NCBI GenBank assembly: GCA_963664875.1
Contig: OY761611.1
Coordinates: 2,368,001 to 2,432,000 of the forward strand
Reading direction: 5' to 3'
DNA length: 64,000 bases
Origin: Candidatus Kapaibacterium sp.
GTDB taxonomy: Bacteria > Bacteroidota > Ignavibacteria > Kapaibacteriales > UBA2268
Translations under genes and position numbers: made by a program
Shown: piece by piece, positions 31,982 to 43,217 of the stretch
Layout of the letters: the number at the start of each line of letters is the position of its first letter
Numbering within the stretch: position 1 is the stretch's first letter
The notes under the pieces: model-generated
What the model saw: only the letters and a program-made list of their open reading frames with translations
Database searches by the model: none
Told to the model about the DNA's origin: nothing

Positions 31982-34900
31982 ATGCGCAAAATATTATTGC
32001 TCCTTACTTTCATTTTTGCTGCTCCTCTGCTGAATGTTCGTGCAGATGAAGCCTTAGCAAGGAAGTATTTTCTCGAAAATGATTATAAAAATGCTTATCA
32101 GGAATATGAAAAAACTGCCGGCGAATCTTTAGAATCTTTTGTTGCTATCAATAAAATTCGTGAATATCAATTTTTGATGAAGGATCATCTCCCCTATCTA
32201 ATTGAATTATACAAAAAATCCGAAGATCCAAATCCTCTTCTATTTTTCGTAGTCAATTCTGAATTTTTCAGAACTCATTTATTTACAGATGTTGAAGATG
32301 AAATTGAATTTTTAGAAGAATGTTTGGAAGATAAAAGGCTAAATCCTCAAGTAAAAGCATTATTACAAGAGCTAATAAGTGATATGTATCTTCTTGTAAA
32401 TGAGTTTGACAAATCAGAAGAAGCTATAGCTAATTTGGGAACTATTGAAAACTGGGCATTTGTTGGTCCATTTGAAAATATTTCGACTTCAGGATATGAC
32501 AAAAAACACGGACCTGAAAGCAATCCGAAAAAAGATGCTGTATTTGCCGGTAAAAGTGAAATAGATGTCAGATGGTTTAACTATAACGACAAACATCCCG
32601 GCAAATGGATTAGCCTTGCAGGACTATTTGATATAGAGGAAGCTCTGTTTTTTACTCAATCTTTTGTTTATAGTGAGCAAGATCAGGAGGTCGTTTTTGG
32701 TTTAGGCGTGTCCGGATCAGTAAAGTTTTGGGTCAATGACAATTTGATTTTTACAGAGCCAACAGAATATAATAACGGTATGGATACATATCTCTTTACA
32801 GCCAAATTGAATAAAGGATATAACCGAATTCTTATGCAATTAGGAAGCGGAGTAAACGACAAAAACAATTTTCTACTTAGAGTGCTCGATAAAAACCTAA
32901 ATCCAATGCCTAAGTTTAAATCTTCTGCGGAATATCAGGACTATGTAAAAGAAAGCAGCTATAAATCTAAAAAGTTGCCAAATTTTGCCTTGCAATACTA
33001 CGAGCAAAATATTAAAGGTACAGAAAAAGAGCCTGTACTTTTCAATGTACTTGCAGATTTTTATCTGATGAACAATATGAATCTTGAATATAGAAAAAGA
33101 GTTGAAGAACTAATAAGCAAATACCCTGATAACTACAATCTTCTTCAGCTTGATATGAAAAACACTTCTATCAATCCTGATTTGGAAAGTAGTTACCTAG
33201 TAAAAAAAGAAATGCTGAAAGACTCAAAATTTAAAAACAACAGCTCCGCTCTTGCAAGACTCGACGAACTTTTCAAAAAAGAAGATTGGGAGTCGGCTCA
33301 AAAAACAGTGGACTCTTTGGAAAACGAGGGTGCCGGTGATTTCTTCCTTAGTCCTCTAAAAGTGGCTCTAATGGCAAGAAACGAAGAATACAGAAAAATG
33401 GTTGATGAAACCATGGCTATGTACGAAAAATATCCAACTCAGAGATCATCTGTCAAAGGTGCATTCGCTATTTTTAGTTATGACAAAAAATTGCAGGATG
33501 CTGCCTATAAGGTTTACGAAGATTATTTAGATGACTACTACGACTATGAAATGACCTATTCTCTGGCACAATATTATTGGCGAACAGATAGAAGAAACAA
33601 AGCAGAAAAGCTATTTGATAAATTGGACAAATACTCACGAGGCACATACAGCCTTTTAATCAATCTTGGTGACTTTTATAAGCAGCAAGGCAACTTCGAC
33701 AAGGCTCTGACTTACTATTACAGACTATTGGAAAGAGTGCCTTATGTTTCGTCTCTCAATTCAAGAATAGGCGATTGCTACAAAGAACAAAACCAAACCG
33801 ATAGTGCACTCAAATATTATACTATAGCTTTGGAGCAATATCCCGGCGATTTTGACAATAGAACTACTTTGAGAAAACTTAAAAATCAAAAAGAGATATT
33901 CACTAATTTCGAAGAGCCGGATATAGATGCCATTATTGCCAATGCTAAAGGCGCCGACGAATACCCCGACGAAAATGCGATAATTCTTCTTATCGAAAAT
34001 CATGAAGTGTTGTACAAAAGCGGTGCAAGCGAAGAAGTGAGCTATTTCGTAGGCAAACCTCTGACTCAAACAGGTGTTGATATGTTTAAAGAAATCAACC
34101 TTGGATATTCGGAAATAATCAAAGCTGAAGTAATCAAACAAGACGGAAGCCGAGTGCAGGCTGACAAATCGGGCGGCATGGTAGTATTTACCAAATTGGA
34201 ACCGGGTGATGCTATTTATTACAAAACTAAATCATTATCATACTCTGATGGTGCTTTGGCTAAATATTTTGAAACTTCCATATTCTTCAACACATATTTG
34301 CCTCTCGAGGAAGCAAAATTAGCTCTTTTGGTAGAAGACGGAATAGACATCACATACAAAGCTACACAATGTGAATTGAAGCCAGAAATATCTAAAGTTG
34401 AAAATATGACAATGTACAAATGGGCAGCTAAAGGTATGCCTCAGATTGAGTCAGAAACTTTAATGCCGCCTATAAGCGATGTGTGTGCAATGGTGCATGT
34501 TTCTACAGTTAAAGATTGGGATTTTATTTCTAAGTGGTATTACGACGTTTCAAATCCTAAAACAAAATCTACTTTAGATATAGAAAGAAAAGTTCAGGAA
34601 CTATTCGCAGGTAAATCTAATCTTACTGAATTGGAAAAAGCAAAAGTAATATACAAATACATTTCTGACGAAATCAGATATAGCTCTGTACCATTCAGAC
34701 AGAGTGGATTGATACCTCAAAATCCTACAATGACTATAGATGCAAAAATAGGAGACTGCAAAGACGTTTCTGTTCTTTTTGCAGCTCTTGCCAAAGCTGT
34801 TGGATTGGATGCAGAAATAGTATTGGTAAGTGATAGAGAAAACGGCAGAAACGAATTGGCACTACCTTCTATTGGCTTCGAACACGTTATTGGTAAAATT

Positions 34901-35701
34901 ACTATTGACGGCAAAGTTTACTATGTAGAGCTAACTACCGACGTGCTTCCTTTTGGAGCATTCTTCGGTTCTTCTAAAAAATCTTATGGCTTGGAAATCA
35001 GCAACAAACAAAAAAATGAGCTTTTCCAGATTGACCCGGCTACAAGACCTGAAAATGCTATTGTAAGAAATACTAAAGCAAAACTTGATAACGGCAATTT
35101 GATTATTGAGGTTAATTCTACAAAAGTTGGTGGACCGGCTGCTTCTATGCGAGCTTACTATAGAGATCAGACCGAAGAAAATCAGAGGAAGTCTATGGCA
35201 AGAAGCATCAGTGAAGATTATAGCTCGACCGAACTTATAGATCTCAAATTTGATGAAAGCATTCGCGGACTTTCAGATTCTGTAAGTTACTACTACTCAT
35301 ATAAAGTCAAAAAACCATATACAGAAATCAAAAATATGAAAATATTGAGATTCCCTTGGTCAGACATATTGAGTGCAGGTGACATTACCTCTTCGCAAGA
35401 AAGGAAATATCCTCTTGCTCTTTGGCTATACCTCAACCACGACAACGAATATAACAAAGTCGAGTTTGAAATTCCTGATGGCATGAAAGTTTCCGAAATG
35501 CCTGAATCCTTGAAATTGACTTCAGAATACGCTGACTACGAAGTAAAATATCGCTTAGAAGGCAACAGACTTATCGGCGAAAGAACTGTAATCTATAAAA
35601 AAGATTTGGTACCAAATGAAAAGTACCATGAATTCAAAAAATTCTATGATTCTATGGTAGAATCAGACAATAAGCAAATAGCTTTGGAAACAAAGAAATA
35701 G
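31982..35701 (+). CDS. TPR plus DUF3857/transglutaminase-like domain protein
   Basis: Signal peptide, TPR region, IRYSS..F, GDCKD, FEHVI. Confidence 0.8.
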   Translation: MRKILLLLTFIFAAPLLNVRADEALARKYFLENDYKNAYQEYEKTAGESLESFVAINKIREYQFLMKDHLPYLIELYKKSEDPNPLLFFVVNSEFFRTHLFTDVEDEIEFLEECLEDKRLNPQVKALLQELISDMYLLVNEFDKSEEAIANLGTIENWAFVGPFENISTSGYDKKHGPESNPKKDAVFAGKSEIDVRWFNYNDKHPGKWISLAGLFDIEEALFFTQSFVYSEQDQEVVFGLGVSGSVKFWVNDNLIFTEPTEYNNGMDTYLFTAKLNKGYNRILMQLGSGVNDKNNFLLRVLDKNLNPMPKFKSSAEYQDYVKESSYKSKKLPNFALQYYEQNIKGTEKEPVLFNVLADFYLMNNMNLEYRKRVEELISKYPDNYNLLQLDMKNTSINPDLESSYLVKKEMLKDSKFKNNSSALARLDELFKKEDWESAQKTVDSLENEGAGDFFLSPLKVALMARNEEYRKMVDETMAMYEKYPTQRSSVKGAFAIFSYDKKLQDAAYKVYEDYLDDYYDYEMTYSLAQYYWRTDRRNKAEKLFDKLDKYSRGTYSLLINLGDFYKQQGNFDKALTYYYRLLERVPYVSSLNSRIGDCYKEQNQTDSALKYYTIALEQYPGDFDNRTTLRKLKNQKEIFTNFEEPDIDAIIANAKGADEYPDENAIILLIENHEVLYKSGASEEVSYFVGKPLTQTGVDMFKEINLGYSEIIKAEVIKQDGSRVQADKSGGMVVFTKLEPGDAIYYKTKSLSYSDGALAKYFETSIFFNTYLPLEEAKLALLVEDGIDITYKATQCELKPEISKVENMTMYKWAAKGMPQIESETLMPPISDVCAMVHVSTVKDWDFISKWYYDVSNPKTKSTLDIERKVQELFAGKSNLTELEKAKVIYKYISDEIRYSSVPFRQSGLIPQNPTMTIDAKIGDCKDVSVLFAALAKAVGLDAEIVLVSDRENGRNELALPSIGFEHVIGKITIDGKVYYVELTTDVLPFGAFFGSSKKSYGLEISNKQKNELFQIDPATRPENAIVRNTKAKLDNGNLIIEVNSTKVGGPAASMRAYYRDQTEENQRKSMARSISEDYSSTELIDLKFDESIRGLSDSVSYYYSYKVKKPYTEIKNMKILRFPWSDILSAGDITSSQERKYPLALWLYLNHDNEYNKVEFEIPDGMKVSEMPESLKLTSEYADYEVKYRLEGNRLIGERTVIYKKDLVPNEKYHEFKKFYDSMVESDNKQIALETKK

Positions 35702-35726
35702 AGAAAAAAATATAACATCCTAAATC

Positions 35727-35759
35727 AAGCCGGCAGATTTTACAATCGTCGGCTTTTTT
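35727..35759 (+). terminator. Intrinsic terminator
   Basis: AAGCCGGC...GTCGGCTT followed by a T-run. Confidence 0.7.
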
Positions 35760-35859
35760 ATTAGCGTGATTAGATTCCTATGGATAAGGTAATGGAACTT
35801 AAAACATTTTACAAAAAGATACGTAAGTTATATAAAATAATACTCTTTGAAATATTTCC

Positions 35860-35886
35860 TAAAGTTCTTTAAATTAGTGTCGATAA
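35860..35886 (+). promoter_or_regulatory. Sigma-28 (FliA)-like promoter
   Basis: TAAAGTTC-N11-GTCGATAA versus consensus TAAAGTTT-N11-GCCGATAA. Confidence 0.7.
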
Positions 35887-35923
35887 TATTTATAGAGTAA
35901 ATATATATTCTACGGAGCCTGTC

Positions 35924-36169
35924 ATGAACGTAAACTCCATTAACGAGAGGGCAGTGCCGCCACGCGAGGTAATCGAAGAGGAAAAACCACCTGTAACTGT
36001 TCAAAACGAACTTCAAAAAGAAGTTATTGAAGAAAACAAATCAGGGAAAGGCAGCACAGCTAATCAAAATCAAACTTTGTCTGTAATTTCTGCAACTCAA
36101 CCTCAAGAGCAAATACAGCAGACTGCAAAGAACCAGATATCTAAAGGGTATCTAGATGTCAAAGTTTAA
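35924..36169 (+). CDS. Small hypothetical protein, possibly motility-associated (YjfB-like tail)
   Basis: GGAG RBS, own promoter and terminator, C-terminal KGYLDVKV. Confidence 0.6.
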   Translation: MNVNSINERAVPPREVIEEEKPPVTVQNELQKEVIEENKSGKGSTANQNQTLSVISATQPQEQIQQTAKNQISKGYLDVKV

Positions 36170-36209
36170 TATTCAGGAAGAACATGATTATAGGATATAG
36201 TTATCATGG

Positions 36210-36239
36210 CTGCTTCAGGTGCCACCTGAAGCAGTTTTT
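36210..36239 (+). terminator. Intrinsic terminator
   Basis: CTGCTTCAGGT-GCC-ACCTGAAGCAG-TTTTT. Confidence 0.85.
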
Positions 36240-36287
36240 ATTTTGTGCTCGATGAAGATTTCCCTTTAAAATCTGCAACAGGCAAGG

Positions 36288-38633
36288 TTAGATTCGATAA
36301 CGAACTCCTAACTGCATACTGTATCCGAATATTTTCCAACTTCCTTCATCTATCAGATTCAAGAACATTGGATTGAGGTAGGTTTCGTAAAAGACTGAAA
36401 ATCTGTAATCAATATCAGCTTTGAACCCGACTCCGGCAAACAAACCAATATTTAAAGAGCGGAATGATTCTATATCGGTGCTCTCTGTGCGATAATCTCG
36501 ACCTTCAGGGAAAAAGTAATTATCAGGATAAACAATTCGTATTGTCTTATCAAAATTGTTACCCATGGCAAAGTTGATATTTATTCCGCCTAAAAGATAA
36601 AGATATCTTTCCAAATAGTACTCTGTAGCGAATCCCAGCGAAATATGCCAGCTGTTTGGATCTAATTCGGTACTTTGTCTTAATTCAATTTCTTCGTCAC
36701 TGAGAGAGTTTTCAGCAAGAGTTACGATAGTGTCACCTGCTAATAAATATCCCGGGAGAGACTCCACGTTTAAGCGAATAGAGCCGTAGATGTTGCCTGC
36801 GAGTTCTGTGCCGTAAGCAAAGCCAAATCCACCACCAAGTCCCTGAGCGTCTGAAAATGTGCCAGGGGTCATCAGATTGCCCTGAGATGAGAAGTCTGCA
36901 GAATGATTAACAAAAGACATCTTAGCAAAAGCTGCTATATATGAGGTCGGTGTCTCGCAAATAATATCATCACCTTCGTTGATAATATAATCGTATTGAT
37001 TTGTCAATTTGCTCCTTACGTGGCAGATAGTATAAACTGCTTTATTGTTAGACTCATCAGTCGCTGCAAAGACAAGTTTTCCTACGGAATTTTTGTCTAT
37101 GTTTCGAATGATAACCTGAGCCTGCAAGCTACCGGGGTCAAAATCAAGAATTTTTGGGTCAATGTTTTCAGCATACAATATATCGATTCTCTTTAAACCT
37201 GTATCCTCCTCTCTGTCGTCTCTAATTATCAGCTGAGCACCGCTGCTCTCTTTTTTCTTGATAACAGCAACAGGAGCTACTGTATCAGCAATTGGAATAT
37301 ATTCTGTAAATGATTGCCCACCCATTGTGCCGTAGGCATCAAAGGCATGATAGTTATGACCAAAGCCATAGGAATATAGCCCAAAAGGTTCAGAAGCTGA
37401 TATAGTATGTGTACCAAAAGGCACTTCAATACTTGCGATAGAATAGCGACTAATTCCGACAACTTCGAATTTTGTGGAGTCAACCGGAAATCCGTTTAAG
37501 AGTAAAGAACTTATTGCCTGTGTTGGCACAACAACGTTGATGTAGTGATTCCATTCTCCGTTTACAGGAGTTGCAAGTCTGTATTTTTTTAGAAACTGTT
37601 GAGTTGGGCTGATTAGAATCATCATCGGATCGCCCAAGCTGTCTCCGTTATTATAACCCAAAGAATATTGAGAAACTAATACCTGCTTGTTAGAAGTGAG
37701 CAAAACATTCGATTTTGAAGCTCTTTCTATAAACTCACCTGCATTTAACTGGCTTATAAGTTTCGAGTTCTCGTATATTTTAGTATTATTTTGGTCTGCC
37801 ATCACTCTGTATCTATATTCGGAACGTCCTTTGAGTTTCCCGACATAAAAGTGCTTTCCCCATGTAGAAATCGGTGGTACCTGTTCGACCAAGTGGTTGC
37901 AGGCTTTAATGTTTTCAGGAACATACGCACATTGGTGTCCGCTGAAAACAGAGATGTTTTTAGTTGCAGATATCTTTGTTCCTGTAAAATCACATTTCCT
38001 CGATGAAAGGTGGTCTTGCTTTGCTGCCACCTGATACACGTCGCCTTTATTAAGCACAACACGCATGATTTCGCCCGGTTTGACACCTGCGGAGGTTTCT
38101 ACTTCAGGTACTATAGTTACGACTGTATTGTCTTCTGTGGCTACCACAGCGAACTGAGCCATCAGCTCCAACCCGTATCCATAGCACATCACTCTATAAT
38201 CCTTGCCGAGTACTTCCGTCGGCAAAGCAAGATAAGTGTCAGTAGTTTGGTAACGTGTGCTTAGACCATAAACCTGAATTGGTGTATCAGATTTTATATG
38301 AACGGCTCTGTCTTCTTCAACAATCTCAGAGCTTCTAATTTCTGCAAGAGGAGGTACTTTGACACTTTCTATGGTGCCTGCATTTACAAACAGCTTTTTT
38401 TTGAAATTGATACTTGTTATTTCGATTTCAACATTTGCATCTTTATCACCGGAAATAAATAGCTCAAGATTTAAAATATTCGACTTTTTCCCCGGCTCAA
38501 TTTTGTAATTACGAATAAAGCAAAGCCAGAATTCAGTACCTTTAGGGCTTTTATTTATCGCCATTTCGTCGTAGGCAACTAATGCATTTGAAGTTGTTAT
38601 CAATAACAATATAATAAGAATAAGCTGTTTCAA
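36288..38633 (-). CDS. IgGFc-binding N-terminal domain protein with C-terminal beta-barrel
   Basis: GTEFWLCF, DTYLALPTEVLGKDY, HLVEQVPP..WG, GDPMM; C-terminal QLGVRYRI. Confidence 0.75.
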   Translation of the reverse strand: MKQLILIILLLITTSNALVAYDEMAINKSPKGTEFWLCFIRNYKIEPGKKSNILNLELFISGDKDANVEIEITSINFKKKLFVNAGTIESVKVPPLAEIRSSEIVEEDRAVHIKSDTPIQVYGLSTRYQTTDTYLALPTEVLGKDYRVMCYGYGLELMAQFAVVATEDNTVVTIVPEVETSAGVKPGEIMRVVLNKGDVYQVAAKQDHLSSRKCDFTGTKISATKNISVFSGHQCAYVPENIKACNHLVEQVPPISTWGKHFYVGKLKGRSEYRYRVMADQNNTKIYENSKLISQLNAGEFIERASKSNVLLTSNKQVLVSQYSLGYNNGDSLGDPMMILISPTQQFLKKYRLATPVNGEWNHYINVVVPTQAISSLLLNGFPVDSTKFEVVGISRYSIASIEVPFGTHTISASEPFGLYSYGFGHNYHAFDAYGTMGGQSFTEYIPIADTVAPVAVIKKKESSGAQLIIRDDREEDTGLKRIDILYAENIDPKILDFDPGSLQAQVIIRNIDKNSVGKLVFAATDESNNKAVYTICHVRSKLTNQYDYIINEGDDIICETPTSYIAAFAKMSFVNHSADFSSQGNLMTPGTFSDAQGLGGGFGFAYGTELAGNIYGSIRLNVESLPGYLLAGDTIVTLAENSLSDEEIELRQSTELDPNSWHISLGFATEYYLERYLYLLGGININFAMGNNFDKTIRIVYPDNYFFPEGRDYRTESTDIESFRSLNIGLFAGVGFKADIDYRFSVFYETYLNPMFLNLIDEGSWKIFGYSMQLGVRYRI

Positions 38634-38648
38634 TCTATCACCGACTAA

Positions 38649-39458
38649 CTATTTCATAAATATGAAGTTGGATTTGTATATTTTTTTGCCTGTATCCATA
38701 AAGATGACGTACAAGCCAAGCGGCACAAGGTCTCTATTTGGCATCAACTTTAAAGTATAATTCCCTTTAGGGAGAGTGCCGTCAAAAGTATCAGCTGCAT
38801 TTAGCGAAAAAGAAAATGCCTGCTGATTGCCCGGAATCTTTTGTATAAGTTCTCCGTTTGCGGAATAAATATAAAAAGAAACCTTGCTATCTTCAATCAA
38901 GCCTATATTAAATTCCAAAAATTCTCTAAATGGGTTAGGACGTGCCTGAGATAGGAAAGTTACATCTTTAGGAAGCACTAATTCTTTGAGATTGATAATT
39001 GCCTTCCAAGGGCGGAATCTTTCAGGTTTGTTTCCTGCCACCAGCATTGAAGTTGATTCTATTTTACCGGAAGCCTGTGAGCTTACCAAAGGCTCAATTT
39101 GCAAATAGCAAAGAATATTGGAATTTATGTTTTTGGCTACGCCGGTAATTGTAATTTTTGAATTTTTAAAATCATTGACACTGATATCTTTAGTGTCCAA
39201 ACACTCAAAAGCCGAAGAGTCCGCACAGATAATGTCTTTCACATCAAAAGTGGCTGCACTGTAAGTAATCTCTAATGTAACTTCGCCGCTATCGGAAATC
39301 ACACCATAAACCGGCAGCAAGTAAGTCTGCCCCATTGTGAAAGTGGTATCAGGCACATAAAAAGTATCAGCGTTGGATTTCCCGGACAAAACCACAAAAA
39401 ACATGAATAGAAAAAACAGTACACTATATCTCATATTCTTATTCTCAATATTATTCAT
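38649..39458 (-). CDS. Secreted protein with cohesin-like domain and T9SS-like C-terminal domain
   Basis: Signal peptide (likely start MRYSV at 39434), PNPF...IYSANGE...GLY. Confidence 0.55.
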   Translation of the reverse strand: MNNIENKNMRYSVLFFLFMFFVVLSGKSNADTFYVPDTTFTMGQTYLLPVYGVISDSGEVTLEITYSAATFDVKDIICADSSAFECLDTKDISVNDFKNSKITITGVAKNINSNILCYLQIEPLVSSQASGKIESTSMLVAGNKPERFRPWKAIINLKELVLPKDVTFLSQARPNPFREFLEFNIGLIEDSKVSFYIYSANGELIQKIPGNQQAFSFSLNAADTFDGTLPKGNYTLKLMPNRDLVPLGLYVIFMDTGKKIYKSNFIFMK

Positions 39459-39531
39459 CTACAAAAACAAATATATTAAACAATGTGCAAATAGAATCCA
39501 TTAAAAAGACAGATTGGGCTATCTTATAAAT

Positions 39532-39568
39532 AAAAAACTGCTATTTGTGTTGGATACAAATAGCAGTT
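39532..39568 (-). terminator. Intrinsic terminator
   Basis: AACTGCTATTTGT...ACAAATAGCAGTT. Confidence 0.75.
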
Positions 39569-39599
39569 GAAGATAATTAGCACTAATCAAAGCAAAGCA

Positions 39600-41897
39600 T
39601 TATTTATCTTTGTGCTTATTTTTTTTCTCTACTTTAGCGACTAATTTATTTGCTACTGAAGTAACCCGTACAAGATAGCTTACAATATCTTCTGTGTCAG
39701 AAACCATATTCATAAATAGAATACTACGTCTCATATTTGCACTATTAGATTTGACTCGGTGCAATTGGTTTTTGCTATATTGATTTAGTTCTTCGATAAA
39801 TGCTTCTGCTTCGGAAGTAATATCATTGTAGCTGATATTGTCAATATTTCTGATAAATTTGACACATAAGCTGACAAATTTTTGGAATCTGTCGTTTGCC
39901 TTTTTAAGTTCTGCTATGTGGACATCTTCCAAACTTGCGTGATTGTTGTCAAAATAGTTAAAGTTTTGAACTGTCAGACGACGCAATTTGCTGGTAACGC
40001 TATTAAAAGCAGAAAGCGAATTTGCATAGTCGTAGCCATTATCCAATTCTATATCAGGTATATGTTTCACAGTCCTCAAAATATCAGCAAGGAGAGCATT
40101 GGCGTCCTTTACTAATTTATTAGCATCTTTTTTAGCATCTTTCAGACCTTTCAAATCATAAGTAAATGTAGCCACGACACTTTGTTTGTAAGTATCAGAC
40201 AAACCAAACATCATTTTGCTGATATCAACATAAATATCTTCCATTTGATGCATGATAGAGTCTTTTTCCATTGCTTTCTTGATTTTCTCTTCTGCATCAG
40301 CTTCTTTGTTTTTATGAGCCAATCGAGTACGGTATAAAGCAAATGCTACTAAGCCTGCAAAACCGAATACACCAAATAGACCTGTTGAGAAGATAATTAC
40401 TGAAATTGTAAAAGCAACCAATGTTGCAGAAAAAGCAGTGAAGAACCAGCCACCAATAACGTTAATTACGCCTGACACCCTGTAAACCGCACTTTCTCTT
40501 CCCCATGCTTTATCAGGTAGTGCAGCAGCCATTGCCACTATAAAAGTCACGTAAGTAGTAGAAAGAGGCAATTTGTAGATAGTTGCTATGGAAATCAAAG
40601 CAGCGGAAACCATAGTTATAACAGCAGCTCTGATTAAGTCAAATGCTTCAAGATCACCGGCTTCGTCAGGAACCGGTCTGTAATTTGCCAAATCGAATCG
40701 TTTCTGTACAAACTTTTTCAAAGGAGCGGGAGTTATTGAAGAAATAAAATCAATGACAACTATAGCAATACGAACAACTGCTCTTGCAATAGCATTGGAT
40801 TCAAATCTTTCATATCGGTCATTCTGACTGCCAAGTTTGATTGTAGTCATTGCTACAGTTCTTGCTTTTTTGTTGAAAATTAAAGCCAAAACCATCACCA
40901 TACCGGAGAATAAAAGCATCCATATTGGGGCTGCAACTTTTTCTGTCATCGCTGCCATTGACGCAGTCATTGGGTCTCCGCCTGATGCCTGTGCAATTTG
41001 ATATGCATTGAAACCTGCGAGAGGAGCTCCAATAAAGTTCACCAAGTCATTCGCTGCGAAAGCTAATGCCAAGGCAAATGTACCGACAAGTACGATTACT
41101 CGCAAGATATTTACTTTAGTAAACCAAGATAGCAGTTGAAGAATTATACTCCAGCCAATAAAGCTATAAAGGATAACAAGATCCATATTGTCTTTAATCC
41201 ATGCACCAATATCGCCTTTCATAAACTCGGCACCCTTCACACCTTTGAGTAGGATAAACATTGTGAGTGCAGTCAGAGCCATTGCAGACCAGTAAGGGCC
41301 GTACTTCTTGAATGTTTCTTTATAATTAAATGTAAATAGCATCCTGGAAAGATATTGAATTATCGAGCCAAGTATAAATGCCATTACAATTGATAGCAAA
41401 ATAGCAGAAATGATAGAGAGTACTTTGCCGGAGTGGATATACTGTTCCAACATTGCAAAATTGCCGCCATCTTCGATTATTTTTAACATTGCGACACCCA
41501 TTGAGGAGCCTAATAAACCAAACACGATGGAAACAGTTGTAGAGGTTGGCAGTCCAAATGTGTTAAATAAATCTAGCAATAACACATCTTGATACATTAC
41601 AGATAGGAAGATGATAAGCAGTTCCGGCATGTTAAACATACTCGGGTCAAAAATTCCTTTACGAGCGACTTCCATCATTCCTCCGGACATAAGTACACCA
41701 AGCAAAACGCCCAATGCAGCCATGATAATAATTGTTCTAAATTTTGCTGCTTTCGAACCTATCGCCGAATTGATAAAGTTCACAGCGTCGTTTGCTACAC
41801 CTACCGTCAAATCGACAATAGCTAAAATAGCCAACATAATCAGAATAATTAGTGAAGTATCCACAGAAACCCAACTGAAATTTATGTTACAAAACAC
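39600..41897 (-). CDS. PiT family inorganic phosphate transporter with helical (PhoU-like) C-terminus
   Basis: GVANDAVN, GLPTSTT, FAANDLVN, LPLSTT; start uncertain. Confidence 0.88.
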   Translation of the reverse strand: MFCNINFSWVSVDTSLIILIMLAILAIVDLTVGVANDAVNFINSAIGSKAAKFRTIIIMAALGVLLGVLMSGGMMEVARKGIFDPSMFNMPELLIIFLSVMYQDVLLLDLFNTFGLPTSTTVSIVFGLLGSSMGVAMLKIIEDGGNFAMLEQYIHSGKVLSIISAILLSIVMAFILGSIIQYLSRMLFTFNYKETFKKYGPYWSAMALTALTMFILLKGVKGAEFMKGDIGAWIKDNMDLVILYSFIGWSIILQLLSWFTKVNILRVIVLVGTFALALAFAANDLVNFIGAPLAGFNAYQIAQASGGDPMTASMAAMTEKVAAPIWMLLFSGMVMVLALIFNKKARTVAMTTIKLGSQNDRYERFESNAIARAVVRIAIVVIDFISSITPAPLKKFVQKRFDLANYRPVPDEAGDLEAFDLIRAAVITMVSAALISIATIYKLPLSTTYVTFIVAMAAALPDKAWGRESAVYRVSGVINVIGGWFFTAFSATLVAFTISVIIFSTGLFGVFGFAGLVAFALYRTRLAHKNKEADAEEKIKKAMEKDSIMHQMEDIYVDISKMMFGLSDTYKQSVVATFTYDLKGLKDAKKDANKLVKDANALLADILRTVKHIPDIELDNGYDYANSLSAFNSVTSKLRRLTVQNFNYFDNNHASLEDVHIAELKKANDRFQKFVSLCVKFIRNIDNISYNDITSEAEAFIEELNQYSKNQLHRVKSNSANMRRSILFMNMVSDTEDIVSYLVRVTSVANKLVAKVEKKNKHKDK

Positions 41898-42071
41898 TTA
41901 CGCATATTAAGAAAGTTCAAATATAAGTATTATTAATCCCTTAAGTGTTAAGAAGCCTTAACAGTAAAAAAAAAAACTATACTTTCCTGAAAAAACTAAT
42001 CTTTGGATAAATCCTCAAAATCAGCATTCATGTCAATTATCTTAACTATCAACAATTCTAATTATTTTATA

Positions 42072-43217
42072 TTATATTAACTTTTCAAGTTTATTCATTA
42101 TTTCTGCACTGATTTCATCTGCATAGCAGTACCCTTTACTTGTAAGTTTTAGTAGAGACTGCTCAATTTGGTAGTATCCATCAGGTATTTTGTTCTCAAA
42201 CGCGAAAAGCAGATGATCTTTCAATTCTAATCCAAACCTATTTTCAAATAGATCTAACTTAATTCCTGAAGCTCGTAATTGTAGAAAAAGTACTTCGAAG
42301 AGTTCCTCCGCTTGCCCTGTTTCTTCGTATCCTGCTGTAGGAAGATCTCCTCCGGATAGCAACCGGTTATACTTTCCTAAAGAAGAATAATTCCAGTATC
42401 TCATTTTTCCCAATTTGCCGTGAGCAGAAGGCCCAAAAGCTATATAATCATCACCATACCAATATTTCATGTTATGTCGGCAAATCATATTGTTTTTTGC
42501 ATAGTTCGATACTTCATATTGGCTGTAGCCATTTGTAGTGAGCTTATTTATAGTATGCAGGTATAACTCAGCATCTTTATCTTCTTCTAACTTTGCTATT
42601 TGTCCTTTTTTCCACTGCCTATATAGAGGTGTTCCTTTCTCGTAAATCAAACTATAGGCGGAAATATGGTTTGTATTTAGTTCTATTGCTTTGTTCAGAG
42701 AGTAATCCCAATCAGCTAAAGTTTGTTCCGGCAAAGCAAAAATCAGATCTAAGCTTACATTATCAAATCCTAATTCCATTGCTTTTGAAATAGCTTTGGT
42801 TGCTTCGTCGGAGGAGTGGATTCTTTCTAAAAATTTAAGCTCGGAGTCTCTGAAGGACTGGACTCCAAAGCTTAATCTGTTTATACCTAACTTTTTATAC
42901 TCGGCAAGGTATTCGATGTCAATTGTTCCGGGATTACACTCCAGCGATATTTCGCAATCGGGGGCAAATGTTAAGAATGTGTCAAGACTGTTAAGAGTCT
43001 TCTCCAGATGCCTGGGTTTCATTAGAGAAGGGGTGCCACCTCCGAAAAATAGTGAATCAATTTCAAGATTCCTGTTATATTTGGCAAGCCTCAGCTCTAT
43101 TTCTTTACTAAGATTGTCTATAAATCCGTCAATTCCATCGAGTTTTTCTAATGAATAGAAATCGCAATAGAAACACTTTTTAATGCAAAATGGGAAATGT
43201 ATATATATTCCGGTCAT
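42072..43217 (-). CDS. hemW: Radical SAM heme chaperone HemW
   Basis: IYIHFPFCIKKCFYCDF, GGGTPS, YEVSNYA, HNMKYW; start at MTGIYIH. Confidence 0.9.
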   Translation of the reverse strand: MTGIYIHFPFCIKKCFYCDFYSLEKLDGIDGFIDNLSKEIELRLAKYNRNLEIDSLFFGGGTPSLMKPRHLEKTLNSLDTFLTFAPDCEISLECNPGTIDIEYLAEYKKLGINRLSFGVQSFRDSELKFLERIHSSDEATKAISKAMELGFDNVSLDLIFALPEQTLADWDYSLNKAIELNTNHISAYSLIYEKGTPLYRQWKKGQIAKLEEDKDAELYLHTINKLTTNGYSQYEVSNYAKNNMICRHNMKYWYGDDYIAFGPSAHGKLGKMRYWNYSSLGKYNRLLSGGDLPTAGYEETGQAEELFEVLFLQLRASGIKLDLFENRFGLELKDHLLFAFENKIPDGYYQIEQSLLKLTSKGYCYADEISAEIMNKLEKLI

